A stretch of 64,000 bases of DNA from Promethearchaeota archaeon (GTDB lineage Archaea > Asgardarchaeota > Heimdallarchaeia > Hodarchaeales > Hodarchaeaceae). The stretch covers positions 97,771 through 161,770 of the forward strand of contig JBHLMN010000015.1 of NCBI GenBank assembly GCA_048938105.1, written 5' to 3'. Below, piece by piece: positions 1-9,722 of this stretch; the stretch's first letter is position 1, and every line of letters starts with the position of its first letter. Both the position numbers and the translations under genes were made by a program. The notes under the pieces were generated by a model, which was not told the origin of the DNA, did no database searches, and worked only from the letters and a program-made list of their open reading frames with translations.

Positions 1-25
1 TAAATTAATGAAATTATAATACTGA

Positions 26-211
26 TTACCTAAGGCTCTCGCTTCGCCTGAATTCAGGTTGGCCTGTTGGCATCCCTCTTTCCACACGCTTGAAGAAATT
101 CTTCTTATTTCGCAAGCTTGGTGTAAGACCTTTCCGAGGCCTGGCTTCGACTCTAGGGGTTTGATTTCTTACTTTTCCAGCTTTTGTAAGCGAACCATGA
201 CTACCTGCCAT
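26..211 (-). CDS. rps30e: 30S ribosomal protein S30e
   Basis: [16 protein letters not shown]-terminal signature of eS30; no ubiquitin-like fusion. Confidence 0.95.
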   Translation of the reverse strand: MAGSHGSLTKAGKVRNQTPRVEARPRKGLTPSLRNKKNFFKRVERGMPTGQPEFRRSESLR

Positions 212-488
212 TTTTATATTCTTCCAGTGTTAGTTAAGTCATGGAGACCTTACTCATCATTAATTCAAAAGTTTTACTATATAATTCTAGAATAAAAACC
301 CAAAATATGTTGATTAAAACAAACCAAATCATTTATGTATTCTTTGCATTGAAAACTAAATCATTGTAATGCTTGAGAGTTTTTCATGTCTTACCCTCTA
401 ATAAAGCCAGAATACTGAGATAAAATCTGATGAAAGAAAGTTTTATGCAAGATTTCTTAAAAAATAAGAAAGGAGTTGTATTAATCTA

Positions 489-1358
489 ATGGATATTGAT
501 TTTAAAGGTTTCAAACTTGATATTACTCCAGCCCAAATGGCTCAATTGATAGATCATACAAAATTATCAGCATGGGAAGGGCCTCAAGCGATAAAAAATT
601 TATGTCAAGAAGCTATTCAATACCATTTTTACTCTGTTTGTATTAATTCTTCCTATATTCCGTTAGCCGTTGAAATACTTGAGAATACTGACATCAAAGT
701 CTGTTCTGTTGTTGGTTTCCCCCTAGGGATGATGGACACCGATTCAAAAGCTTATGAAACAAAAAATGTAGTCAAAAATGGCGCTGATGAAGTCGATATG
801 GTCATTAATGTTGGTATGTTAAAAAGTGGTGAGTATAAATATGTCCAAACTGAAATCGAAACTGTAGTGAGTGCTGCAGATAAGGCATTAGTAAAAGTCA
901 TTCTTGAAACTTGTTATCTTACTGATGAAGAAAAGATTAAGGCGAGTGAACTCTGTAAAGATGCTGGTGCAGAATTTGTAAAGACTTCAACAGGATTTGG
1001 CGCATATGGTTCATTCCCTTATGATGTAAAATTGATGAGGAAAACAGTAGGACCTGATATGGGGGTAAAAGCAGCTGGGGGAATTAGAAACTATACTGAT
1101 GCTGCCCGAGTCATAATTGCCAGTGGGCTTATTCTTGATCCTCTTAAATTTAGGATCGGCGCTAGTGCAGGTATTAACATCATTAATAACTTGAAATGGA
1201 TGTCTTTAAGCGAAGATTGGATTATAGATGAGATACCCTGCCACTTGTGTCCAGTGAGAGCAGCAATTTTTGGAAAAATGACCGAGAAACATTATTCATA
1301 TCATAAAAGCAAGTGTCATACATGTCAATATAATAATTATAACCAATTCTATGATTAA
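489..1358 (+). CDS. deoC: Deoxyribose-phosphate aldolase with a C-terminal CxxC...CxxC extension
   Basis: IDHT, VVGFPLG, DEVDMVIN, KVILET, FVKTSTGF (Schiff-base Lys), GVKAAGGIR and RIGAS motifs. Confidence 0.95.
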   Translation: MDIDFKGFKLDITPAQMAQLIDHTKLSAWEGPQAIKNLCQEAIQYHFYSVCINSSYIPLAVEILENTDIKVCSVVGFPLGMMDTDSKAYETKNVVKNGADEVDMVINVGMLKSGEYKYVQTEIETVVSAADKALVKVILETCYLTDEEKIKASELCKDAGAEFVKTSTGFGAYGSFPYDVKLMRKTVGPDMGVKAAGGIRNYTDAARVIIASGLILDPLKFRIGASAGINIINNLKWMSLSEDWIIDEIPCHLCPVRAAIFGKMTEKHYSYHKSKCHTCQYNNYNQFYD

Positions 1359-1393
1359 AATCATTTTATAAGGATAGTTAAGAGGTTTATAAA

Positions 1394-3163
1394 ATGGAAA
1401 AACAGTTTTTACTCCGATGTAACTTGCATAACGGTAAAATTACAAAGGAAGAAATACCAGAAAGGATCTTGGAACAATATATTGGGGGAAGAGGTTTGGG
1501 CGTAAGATACATGTGGGAAGAGGTTTCTCCTGATGTTGACCCATTAAGTCAAGCCAATAAAATGATATACGCTGTTGGTCCATTGACAGGGAGCTATGCC
1601 CCAACTTCTGGACGATATTGTGCTGTATCAAAATCACCATTAACTAAAACAATATTTGATACTCATTCAGGGGGAAGATTTGGTTCAGAATTGAAGAATC
1701 TTGGAGTCATGGCCCTAATCGTTGAGGGTATGGCCTCAGACCTTAGTTACCTCTACTTGGATGCTGAGGATGATATCTTTGAATTAAGGGATGCTTCCCA
1801 GCTGAAAGGGAAAACCACCTGGGAAACAACTGATATACTTACAAAGATAACAAAAACACAGGCAAGAGTTGCCTGTATTGGGCCTGCAGGCGAGAATATT
1901 GGCCTTATGTCTTGTGTCATCAATGATAAAGGTCACGCACTTGGCCGTGGTGGGATGGGTGCAGTTATGGGTTCAAAGCAATTGAAAGCCATAGTAGTCA
2001 AGGGACAAAAACCTCAAAAGAACAAAGAATTGAAAGATCTATCAGAACAGTTAAATTTAGCCGTAAGAAAAAATCCAGTTACTAAATCTGCGTTACCCGT
2101 TTTTGGTACATCTGTTTTAGTAAATATTGTCAACGAATTAGGAATGTTTCCCACTAATAATTTTAAAGAAGGGACATTTGATGACGCTCAAGGTATTTCA
2201 GGGGAAAAACTTAAGGAATTGTACGTTATTAAAAATCATGCTTGCGCAGGATGCAGCATTGCGTGTGGGCGAATAACAAAGGTAACCGAAGAGGAACAAG
2301 GAAAAGGACCAGAATTTGAAACTATTTGGGCTTTTGGATCTCAAATTGGAAACAATGACCTAGCATTAATTTGTAAAGTCAATTATCTTTGTAATCAATT
2401 AGGTTTAGATACTATATCCACAGGAAATACCATTGGTTGTGCCATGGAATTGTCTGAGAGAAATAAAATATCAAGTTTTCCCAGATTTGGCGAGGTTAAC
2501 TCATTAAAGAAAATTATCACCCAAATTGCTTACAAAGAAGGAATAGGAGCAGAATTGAGTAAAGGGTCTAGAAAATTAGCAGAAAAATTTGGAGAACCAG
2601 ATCTCTCAATGACTGTAAAATCCCTTGAGCTACCTGCATATGATCCTAGAGGTGCTCAAGGTCAAGGGTTATCATATGCGACATCTAATAGAGGGGGTTG
2701 TCACCTTCGTGCTTATATGGTTAGTACTGAAGTATTGGGGACACCAATTCCAATGGATCGTTTTTCTTCTTCAGGAAAGGCAAGGATTGTTCGAGTATTC
2801 CAAGATCTTTCTGCAGTAGTGGATTCACTGGTTTTATGCAGGTTCTCAACCTTTGCTCTTTCTGCTATTGATTATGCGAGTATGTTATCAATAGTACACC
2901 AAAAAGAATATTCACAAAGTGAATTCATGAAAATTGGTGAGAGAATTTGGAATTTAGAACGTATATTTAATCTAAAAGCTGGTTTTAATGCGAAAGATGA
3001 CTCATTACCTAAACGATTATTAGAAGAACCCTTAACGGTTGGTAGTTCACGAAATCGAGTAGTTAAACTGCATGAAATGCTTCCAGAATATTATGAAATC
3101 AGAGGTTGGGATGAAAACGGTGTACCAACTAAGGAAAAAATAGCTCAACTTGAAATAGATTAA
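1394..3163 (+). CDS. aor: Tungsten-type aldehyde:ferredoxin oxidoreductase
   Basis: YIGGRGLG, KSPLT, GRGGMGAVMGSK, CxxCxxxC Fe-S motif, GLDTIS, YDPRG, RGGCH and YYEIRGWD motifs. Confidence 0.93.
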   Translation: MEKQFLLRCNLHNGKITKEEIPERILEQYIGGRGLGVRYMWEEVSPDVDPLSQANKMIYAVGPLTGSYAPTSGRYCAVSKSPLTKTIFDTHSGGRFGSELKNLGVMALIVEGMASDLSYLYLDAEDDIFELRDASQLKGKTTWETTDILTKITKTQARVACIGPAGENIGLMSCVINDKGHALGRGGMGAVMGSKQLKAIVVKGQKPQKNKELKDLSEQLNLAVRKNPVTKSALPVFGTSVLVNIVNELGMFPTNNFKEGTFDDAQGISGEKLKELYVIKNHACAGCSIACGRITKVTEEEQGKGPEFETIWAFGSQIGNNDLALICKVNYLCNQLGLDTISTGNTIGCAMELSERNKISSFPRFGEVNSLKKIITQIAYKEGIGAELSKGSRKLAEKFGEPDLSMTVKSLELPAYDPRGAQGQGLSYATSNRGGCHLRAYMVSTEVLGTPIPMDRFSSSGKARIVRVFQDLSAVVDSLVLCRFSTFALSAIDYASMLSIVHQKEYSQSEFMKIGERIWNLERIFNLKAGFNAKDDSLPKRLLEEPLTVGSSRNRVVKLHEMLPEYYEIRGWDENGVPTKEKIAQLEID

Positions 3164-3231
3164 ATATGAATATGAAGAACATTTCAACAACAGTTACTAA
3201 AAACTCATAAAATGAAAGGTCGACGAAAGGA

Positions 3232-4191
3232 GTGTATGGGATGATGAGAATCATCCGAGGTTTTTCACCAGTTACAGGTTACTTTTGTTTGGAATGTCTT
3301 AGTAAATGTTGTGCTACAGAATATGAACTACCATTATTAGCCCAGGAAACTGAAATATTACGCCAAGAATATCCTTTTTGTAATATTTTTTTACACCACT
3401 CAGTAGAAGGAAGTTGGTTACTTCGGGGAGATAGATGTCCTTTTCTAAATTCTAAAGGACTTTGTATACTGCATAATACTCCGTACAAACCAATGATATG
3501 TCAAATTTATCCTTTAATCTTCTGGAAAGTGAGACCAAATCTTTCATTAGCGTGGATAAACCCTTGTCGGGGAAATGGATTTCAGTGGATATCAAATCCT
3601 AACAATCGTATTACGGATCAAGAAATTGAAAGACTATTTAACAAATCAAAATTAAATTTCACAAATTATATCGGAGAAGAGATTGATAAACAAAATCCAT
3701 TCAATGAGATTCCAATGAAACGACTCAATGAAGAGCTTACGTTTTTTGATTGTATAGATACACAAGATTTACTTAATGAAATTAAAAACTTGGATCTTAT
3801 TCCCCAATCCTTAGAGAAAATTCTCTTACTAACAGAAGATTTTACAACAAATGAAATGTTTGCAATAATGAATGCGGTCATTTATTGGTTATGTTGGAGT
3901 CCTATTGGATTACAACTCTCTTTTAATAATTCAAAATTACTTTTTTTAGTAGCTGCTATCTGGATTGACTTTATTAACCGTCCAATTCTTTCTCAATCTG
4001 TCTTACCTTTAAGTCGTGGCCAAATCCTTCAACAATTGGGATCTTTCCTCGCTACAGCAATAATTCCCTCCTTTTGGAAACAAATGGCGCTTAAAACAGA
4101 ATCTGAAGAATTAAGGAAGTTTGCTAAGAACGCTTATAGAGTACTGAGGGGAGAAATTACTCAAGAAGAGTTTGAGTATTCAAATCCTTGA
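3232..4191 (+). CDS. YkgJ-family (CxxCxxCC) Zn/Fe-chelating domain protein
   Basis: CLECLSKCC, CPFL...CILH..KPMICQIYP pattern. Confidence 0.75.
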   Translation: MYGMMRIIRGFSPVTGYFCLECLSKCCATEYELPLLAQETEILRQEYPFCNIFLHHSVEGSWLLRGDRCPFLNSKGLCILHNTPYKPMICQIYPLIFWKVRPNLSLAWINPCRGNGFQWISNPNNRITDQEIERLFNKSKLNFTNYIGEEIDKQNPFNEIPMKRLNEELTFFDCIDTQDLLNEIKNLDLIPQSLEKILLLTEDFTTNEMFAIMNAVIYWLCWSPIGLQLSFNNSKLLFLVAAIWIDFINRPILSQSVLPLSRGQILQQLGSFLATAIIPSFWKQMALKTESEELRKFAKNAYRVLRGEITQEEFEYSNP

Positions 4192-4221
4192 GAAAATCAT
4201 GAAACTGAAGGATTTAATCAT

Positions 4222-5358
4222 TTAAGATTCGAAATCATCAGGGAGCCCTATCTGCTTAACAAGAATATCACTTAATTTATCGGATCGCGGCCGAGATTCG
4301 ATGAGAAAGTCTTCTAGATTAGTTTCAAGTTGTTTAAGTTTTATTCTTTCATCAGGATCAAGATTTTTCTTATCAATATGATACTCAAAGTATTTACACG
4401 CTAATTGTGGACTCTTTGTCATTGCAGAGAGTTCCTCATCAGATAGGCTTCGAATTCGATATACTGTTTGATTAACTCTTGGATCAAAGATATTACTTTT
4501 AAGATGAATAATTGCCGTCAAATAACTTCGACCCTTAGTTATTTCGTCTTCTTCCATCCAAATGTCTGACCCTAAAGCCCACATCTCATAATCAATCCCC
4601 CATATTTTTTCTGCTTGCTTTCCTTCGTTGAATTGGACTAAATAATTCCCTGCATTTCTATCTGGGTCATTCAACCAAACATCAAAAGGTAAGAGGGTGT
4701 ATCCGTCATTTATTTGCCGAACAATTTGAAATGCCTCATCTAGATCTTTGTAAGAATCTAAAAACTCGTCAAGATTGATGGTGTTTGGGATTTTTTCCAG
4801 AAGAAGGGCTAAGACTAAAGAGGGGTCACCACGCCCACTTTTTGCGGATAAAATTTGTTCAAATTTGGCTGATGTTTCCAAAGTATAAGGTTCTCGTTCA
4901 GAATATTGATAGTATTCTTCAGCTGTCTCACCTTCTTCATCCTCATCAAAAACGATCACATCCCCAAGAGGTAACGTCGAGGTTTGCTTGAGAGGTTGGT
5001 CTGCAATTTGTTGAGAACATACAATAATTGCTTCGGGAACATTAAGACGTAAACGACGTCCCAAACGAGAAGCTGTAAGTTCACTAAAAGTTCGCCATAA
5101 GTGCATCCTGTCACGACTATCTTCTGGAGATTCCTTTAGATCAACCTCTAGATCTTGAACCTCCTTTAATTCAAAATCAATAATATTAGAAAAAGTTTTA
5201 AGAAGCCATTCCTTACCACTCTCGTCTTCCAAAACAGTAGCTTTTCCATGTTGTCCTGCTGCAGTCATTGTTTTCTCTGTGAGGCGAAAACGATTACGAA
5301 CAGCTTTTTTATCAGAAGTATCAAAAATAACCAGATCCCAGTCGTTCATTATTATCAA
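4222..5358 (-). CDS. HipA/PI3-PI4-kinase superfamily atypical kinase
   Basis: WLLK lysine, SELTASRLGRRLRLNVP helix, FDVWLNDPDRNAGNYL catalytic loop, IWGIDYE metal-binding motif. Confidence 0.7.
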   Translation of the reverse strand: MIIMNDWDLVIFDTSDKKAVRNRFRLTEKTMTAAGQHGKATVLEDESGKEWLLKTFSNIIDFELKEVQDLEVDLKESPEDSRDRMHLWRTFSELTASRLGRRLRLNVPEAIIVCSQQIADQPLKQTSTLPLGDVIVFDEDEEGETAEEYYQYSEREPYTLETSAKFEQILSAKSGRGDPSLVLALLLEKIPNTINLDEFLDSYKDLDEAFQIVRQINDGYTLLPFDVWLNDPDRNAGNYLVQFNEGKQAEKIWGIDYEMWALGSDIWMEEDEITKGRSYLTAIIHLKSNIFDPRVNQTVYRIRSLSDEELSAMTKSPQLACKYFEYHIDKKNLDPDERIKLKQLETNLEDFLIESRPRSDKLSDILVKQIGLPDDFES

Positions 5359-5481
5359 ATTCCTACTAATTCTTATTAATGCAAGAATATTGTCTCTCGG
5401 ATTCTTCTTAAGAGTGTTGTTTGTATGATTTAAAGAATTGAATGAGTAAAAGAAAAGAGGTTAAAAAAGCTAGCTTGATAC

Positions 5482-7578
5482 TTAGGTCACTCGAGTGCCA
5501 TCAGATACGTCTTGATCAGGAATTAACAAGCTTAACTCTTCCCCGTCAACAGCAGCCAATAGCATTCCCTCAGAACGAACTCCTCGAATAATAGCAGGTT
5601 CTAAATTTACAATCACAGTTATTCGCTGGCCAATAAGTGCCTCCACTTCTCTAAAAGTAGCTAATCCAGCAACTAATTGGTGCTGACCAATTTCAGAACC
5701 AAGTTCAACTTTAAGTTTTAATAAGTTCTTCGTTTTCGGGATTTTTTCAGCAGATATTATGGTTCCAATTCTAATATCAAGCTTTTGAAAATCTGCAAAC
5801 GGAACAGTTGTTTGTTTCTTGTCAGACACGGGTAATTCCTCAGATGAGTCAATTTGAGTCTTGATCCTCAATTCCTTAAGTTTTATTTGAAGTTCTTCAA
5901 TGTCAATTTTTGAGAAGAGGGGATCAGACTCTTTAATCAGAGTCCCTGGTTGAAGTTTCAATTTACCTGCTTCATCGAAATCCTGTTCCTCAGCTTTTCC
6001 TGATTGAGCAAGAGTAAGCCAGATTTTCTCACTAGTTTCGGGTAAAATGGGGGATAGTAGAATACTTAATGTAAGAAGAGATTGAGCACAGAGATATAAC
6101 GATGTCTCAACAGCGCTAAAATCTGTTTTTACTAGTTTCCAAGGTTCCTTTGTACTGAGATAAGTATTAGCAGCCCTAGCAAAATCGATAATCGAAGACA
6201 CCGCCTTTTTAAACTCAAAACGGTCGAAAAAATCCGCCATAACGTTAGGAGTCTTGTGAATCGCGGTGACAAAGTCCCTATCAATGTCATCAAGACGGTG
6301 ACATTCTGGAATCTTCCCATCACAATATTTGTGGATCAAAATAATGATTCGATGAATATAATTCCCTAAGACGTCATTAAGATCATTATTAATACGTTGT
6401 TCGAATTCATCCCAAGTAAAGTTAGTATCTTTAATTTCAGGCCGCGTTGCCGCTAAATAGTATCTCCAATAATCCGTAGGAAGAAGAGCAGCCGCATCAT
6501 CAATCCAAATGCCAATACCTTGCGATTTACTGAACTTTTTCCCCTCAAAAAGCAAAAATTCAGTCGTACTCACATTGTACGGGAGAACAAAAGGTTTACC
6601 ATAGCTCTCCTTTGTTCCAAGGATGAGAGCAGGGAATAATAAAGTATGGAAAAAAATATTGTCCTTACCAATAAAAAAAATGGTTCGAGTGTCTTGATCT
6701 AGCCAATATTTTTTCCAAAAATCAGGATTGTTATGTTCTCGTTCCCCTAATTCCGCAGAAGCAGAAACATAGCCAAGAACTGCTTCAAGCCAGACATAAA
6801 TGGATTTATTCGTAGCATCGGGGATAGCTTTATCAGCAGGAATACCCCAAGCTAAATCTCGGGTCAAAGTACGTGCCTGTAATCCCTCGTCCAGAATATT
6901 AACAGAAAATTTTCGGGCATTTTCAGGCAGTTGTTTATTCTGGCGAATATATTTAGCTAGAGGTTCCTGAAATGCAGAAAAATCATAAAACCATTGAGTT
7001 GTCGATTTGATAATGGGGGGATGAGAACAGATTTTACACAAAGGATCTATTAATTCGACAGGACTCAAGGGTTTACCACAATCAGGGGCATCACATTGGT
7101 CTCCTCGAGCACCAGAAGCACCACAATGGGGACATGTGCCCTCGACAAATCTATCGGGGAGAAATCGCTTATCATGTTCACAATAGAGCTGTTCGACCTC
7201 TTTAGAGAAAATAAACCCATGGTTAAAACAACGACGATAAAAATCTTGAACCCACTTATAATGGAAAGGATTCGCCGTCTTGGAATAATTTAAGCGGATG
7301 TTCCATTTTTCTAACAAAGTCAGAATTTGAGCATGGTTTTTATCAACCAATTCCTGAGGAGAGATATTCGCATCAATCGCAGCTACCGCAATAGGGGTGC
7401 CATGACAATCAGAGCCAGTAGCAGAGATCACGTCCGCTCCGCGCAATTTTAAATAACGAACATAAATATCAGCACCCAATAAATGTAAAACCGTCCCAAG
7501 ATGAGGAACTGCATTAACATAAGGCCACGCAGGGCAGATGACATACTTTTGATTATGTAAGGTTTCCACATTAATCAC
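5482..7578 (-). CDS. metG: Methionyl-tRNA synthetase with C-terminal tRNA-binding (Trbp111-like) domain
   Basis: AWPYVNAVPHLGT (HIGH-like), Zn-knuckle CxxC pairs, IGKDNIFFH, KFSKS, C-terminal LDIRIG...SEGMLLA. Confidence 0.97.
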   Translation of the reverse strand: MINVETLHNQKYVICPAWPYVNAVPHLGTVLHLLGADIYVRYLKLRGADVISATGSDCHGTPIAVAAIDANISPQELVDKNHAQILTLLEKWNIRLNYSKTANPFHYKWVQDFYRRCFNHGFIFSKEVEQLYCEHDKRFLPDRFVEGTCPHCGASGARGDQCDAPDCGKPLSPVELIDPLCKICSHPPIIKSTTQWFYDFSAFQEPLAKYIRQNKQLPENARKFSVNILDEGLQARTLTRDLAWGIPADKAIPDATNKSIYVWLEAVLGYVSASAELGEREHNNPDFWKKYWLDQDTRTIFFIGKDNIFFHTLLFPALILGTKESYGKPFVLPYNVSTTEFLLFEGKKFSKSQGIGIWIDDAAALLPTDYWRYYLAATRPEIKDTNFTWDEFEQRINNDLNDVLGNYIHRIIILIHKYCDGKIPECHRLDDIDRDFVTAIHKTPNVMADFFDRFEFKKAVSSIIDFARAANTYLSTKEPWKLVKTDFSAVETSLYLCAQSLLTLSILLSPILPETSEKIWLTLAQSGKAEEQDFDEAGKLKLQPGTLIKESDPLFSKIDIEELQIKLKELRIKTQIDSSEELPVSDKKQTTVPFADFQKLDIRIGTIISAEKIPKTKNLLKLKVELGSEIGQHQLVAGLATFREVEALIGQRITVIVNLEPAIIRGVRSEGMLLAAVDGEELSLLIPDQDVSDGTRVT

Positions 7579-7598
7579 GTCCTATCGATAGTGAGGAG

Positions 7599-7766
7599 AA
7601 AAAAAGGCTGTTGAAATGATAAACCAAAGGGGCACTCGGGAAGGGAATAGGAGGAAGATCCAAAGAAGATTGAAAAAGATGACGAAAACATAAGCGGGTG
7701 AGCGAGAAAAGAAATGAAAATTCAGCTTGAGTGCGCCATTTGGTAATCCCACATTGTTTATCGCCT
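7599..7766 (-). ncRNA. Putative structured metG leader or small RNA
   Basis: Nested complementary arms 7623-7640/7726-7744, 7618-7624/7756-7762 and 7605-7608/7763-7766. A U-tract follows at 7599-7605 and BRE/TATA-like GAAAG..TTTATATT lies upstream at ~7788-7803. Confidence 0.4.
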
Positions 7767-8573
7767 CAGATCGTTCCGCTCAGAGACAATATAAATGGCT
7801 TTCGATACAAACAAGCCAATTCAGAGAAACATGAGAACCATGAGAAGAATAAATAAATACATAAAATCAAGAAAAACGGAAATGAGAGAACAAAATAGGA
7901 AAAAGAGAAGGATCATTTAAATAAAAATATTCAAAATATCGATGAAACAAGACAAAGAAAGAAATTAAAAATAAAAATGCACTAGGGAAGAAAATATAGT
8001 TTAAAAAGTCCTTATAAAGAAAAATAAAACCCAGAGGCAAGACGAGATAGGTGGAAAAACTCCAAAAAAGATGGAGTAGGAATCAATCCAACGACAGGAC
8101 ACAGAAACTAAAAGGATTTGACAAGAAAAGTCCAAGAAAAAAAACAGGAAAAGAATACAAAAAGGTTATTTTTAAAAATTGTTACCGTAAAGGCAAGAAC
8201 AGAGACAATCGTAAGACAAAGGTTATAATGGAAAAGCGAAAATGTAGGATACGAACCCAAAAGGACGAAGGGAAATATACACGAAACATAGAAACAACAA
8301 AATTAATATTATAGCCGCTGAACGATGAAAAGAGTACAGTGGCGACAGAAAAAAAATAGAAAGCCATGGGCATCCAACGAATCGAAAAAACCTTTTTTCT
8401 AAACGTTGGGTGCCCCTCCCTCCCCCCTTATTCATCTCTATTAATGGGGTTGGCTGCTCTCCTCTGTATTTTTTGGCATTCTAGTCTCATAGCTTAAGTT
8501 AGAGTCAGTCCTCTCCTCCTTGAATTGCTTTTTCTTCATCTATCCTTTTTTTCCACCCCCAGTCTCTTTTTCA

Positions 8574-8816
8574 TTATTCTTTCTGGTTCTTCCCCTTCCG
8601 TTTCAGTTTCTCCAGTGAGAATTCTTCCTTGTTCCTTATGTATTCTCGGATCGCGGCTTCTATGAATTTCACATAGCCTGGGTTTTCTCCCTTTTTAAAT
8701 TCGTTTTCCACCTCAGGGAACTCCTCAAATAGCCTTTGAATTCGTCGTTGTAGTTCTCGTGGCAGTGATACCGAGTAATAGTCATATTTCTTCTTCATTG
8801 TTGTCCTCTCGCTCAT
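8574..8816 (-). CDS. Ribbon-helix-helix (CopG/MetJ-like) transcription regulator
   Basis: YSVSLP beta-strand, a helix, then FIEAAIREYI second helix; 80 aa, basic. Confidence 0.7.
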   Translation of the reverse strand: MSERTTMKKKYDYYSVSLPRELQRRIQRLFEEFPEVENEFKKGENPGYVKFIEAAIREYIRNKEEFSLEKLKRKGKNQKE

Positions 8817-8907
8817 TATCTGTTGTTTTCGTCATTTTCGTTTTTCCCTAGTATTGATTGAATATTAATGCAAACTTTATATAGCTTTTGGTTTTCTAAT
8901 CTCTTAG

Positions 8908-9294
8908 ATGGTTTTCATGTTTTCTTCCGATAAACCACCTCTTGATATGCTTCAGCATGTTATTGACGATATTTTGTTAATTGATGGGGTCAAGTTTGCT
9001 TTTCTTATTGATCCTGTTAGGCCTTCCCTTATTGTTGTTAACCCTTTCTCTGTTGATTCTCAGACCAAAGAGCTTTTATTACCTATTTTCCTCAAGCTCA
9101 TTTCTGCTTCTCGAACTGCCTACGCCTGCATGGATTTAGATCCTGAGTTTGATGAGTTTTGTTTCTGGACCGATACAATTGCAGGGTACCTCTATCGAAT
9201 CCAACAAGTGTTTCTTGTTGTTATTACTAACCTCTATGTAAAAATTAAAGACATATACTCATTAATTCACGATAAACTAGGTGTTTTATCATAA
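8908..9294 (+). CDS. Roadblock/LC7 (MglB-like) domain protein
   Basis: N-terminal helix, IDGVKFAFLID strand, helix, then three strands ending FLVVIT and a C-terminal helix; ~128 aa. Confidence 0.6.
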   Translation: MVFMFSSDKPPLDMLQHVIDDILLIDGVKFAFLIDPVRPSLIVVNPFSVDSQTKELLLPIFLKLISASRTAYACMDLDPEFDEFCFWTDTIAGYLYRIQQVFLVVITNLYVKIKDIYSLIHDKLGVLS

Positions 9295-9296
9295 AG

Positions 9297-9722
9297 GTGA
9301 TACAATTGCATGATCCAGATGATGAAAAGAATTATCTACTTTCCAGGTTGAAAATGTTTCTTCTCCATTTATCTGCTCCTGGGGTCAAGTATGTCCTCTT
9401 TGTCAACACACATGATGGCACGGTCTTATCCTCACCTGAAAGGCCCATTACAAAGCTGAACAAATCCCGATTAGCGTCAGCTTTAAAGGAGATCAAATCA
9501 AACACTGCTCAAATCTTCTCATGTCTCGACCTAGATGGGAGTAGTCATGTTAGAATAGAATTATCAGCGCTGACTGGTTGGAGTCTTATCGATTTAGATG
9601 TAAATTGGATCATCTCTGTTTTTGGTTATCCTCCCGAAGATTTTCGCCCAGAAATCTCTGGGAGAATGGCAGGAATGTGGGATCTGATTAGTGAATACTA
9701 TTCATCTTCTGGCCAATTTTAA
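9297..9722 (+). CDS. Roadblock/LC7-like domain protein
   Basis: PGVKYVLFVNTHDGTVLSS motif typical of roadblock proteins; 2 bp after the previous gene. Confidence 0.55.
   Translation: MIQLHDPDDEKNYLLSRLKMFLLHLSAPGVKYVLFVNTHDGTVLSSPERPITKLNKSRLASALKEIKSNTAQIFSCLDLDGSSHVRIELSALTGWSLIDLDVNWIISVFGYPPEDFRPEISGRMAGMWDLISEYYSSSGQF

Noticed and set aside
7650-7700. GAGGAAGATCC resembling RNase P RNA conserved region I
   Set aside because: No complementary CR-V/P4 strand or other RNase P helices nearby
8051-8435. Lys/Arg-rich and Phe-rich short ORFs on both strands
   Set aside because: Low-complexity products of the A/G-rich tract; no motifs
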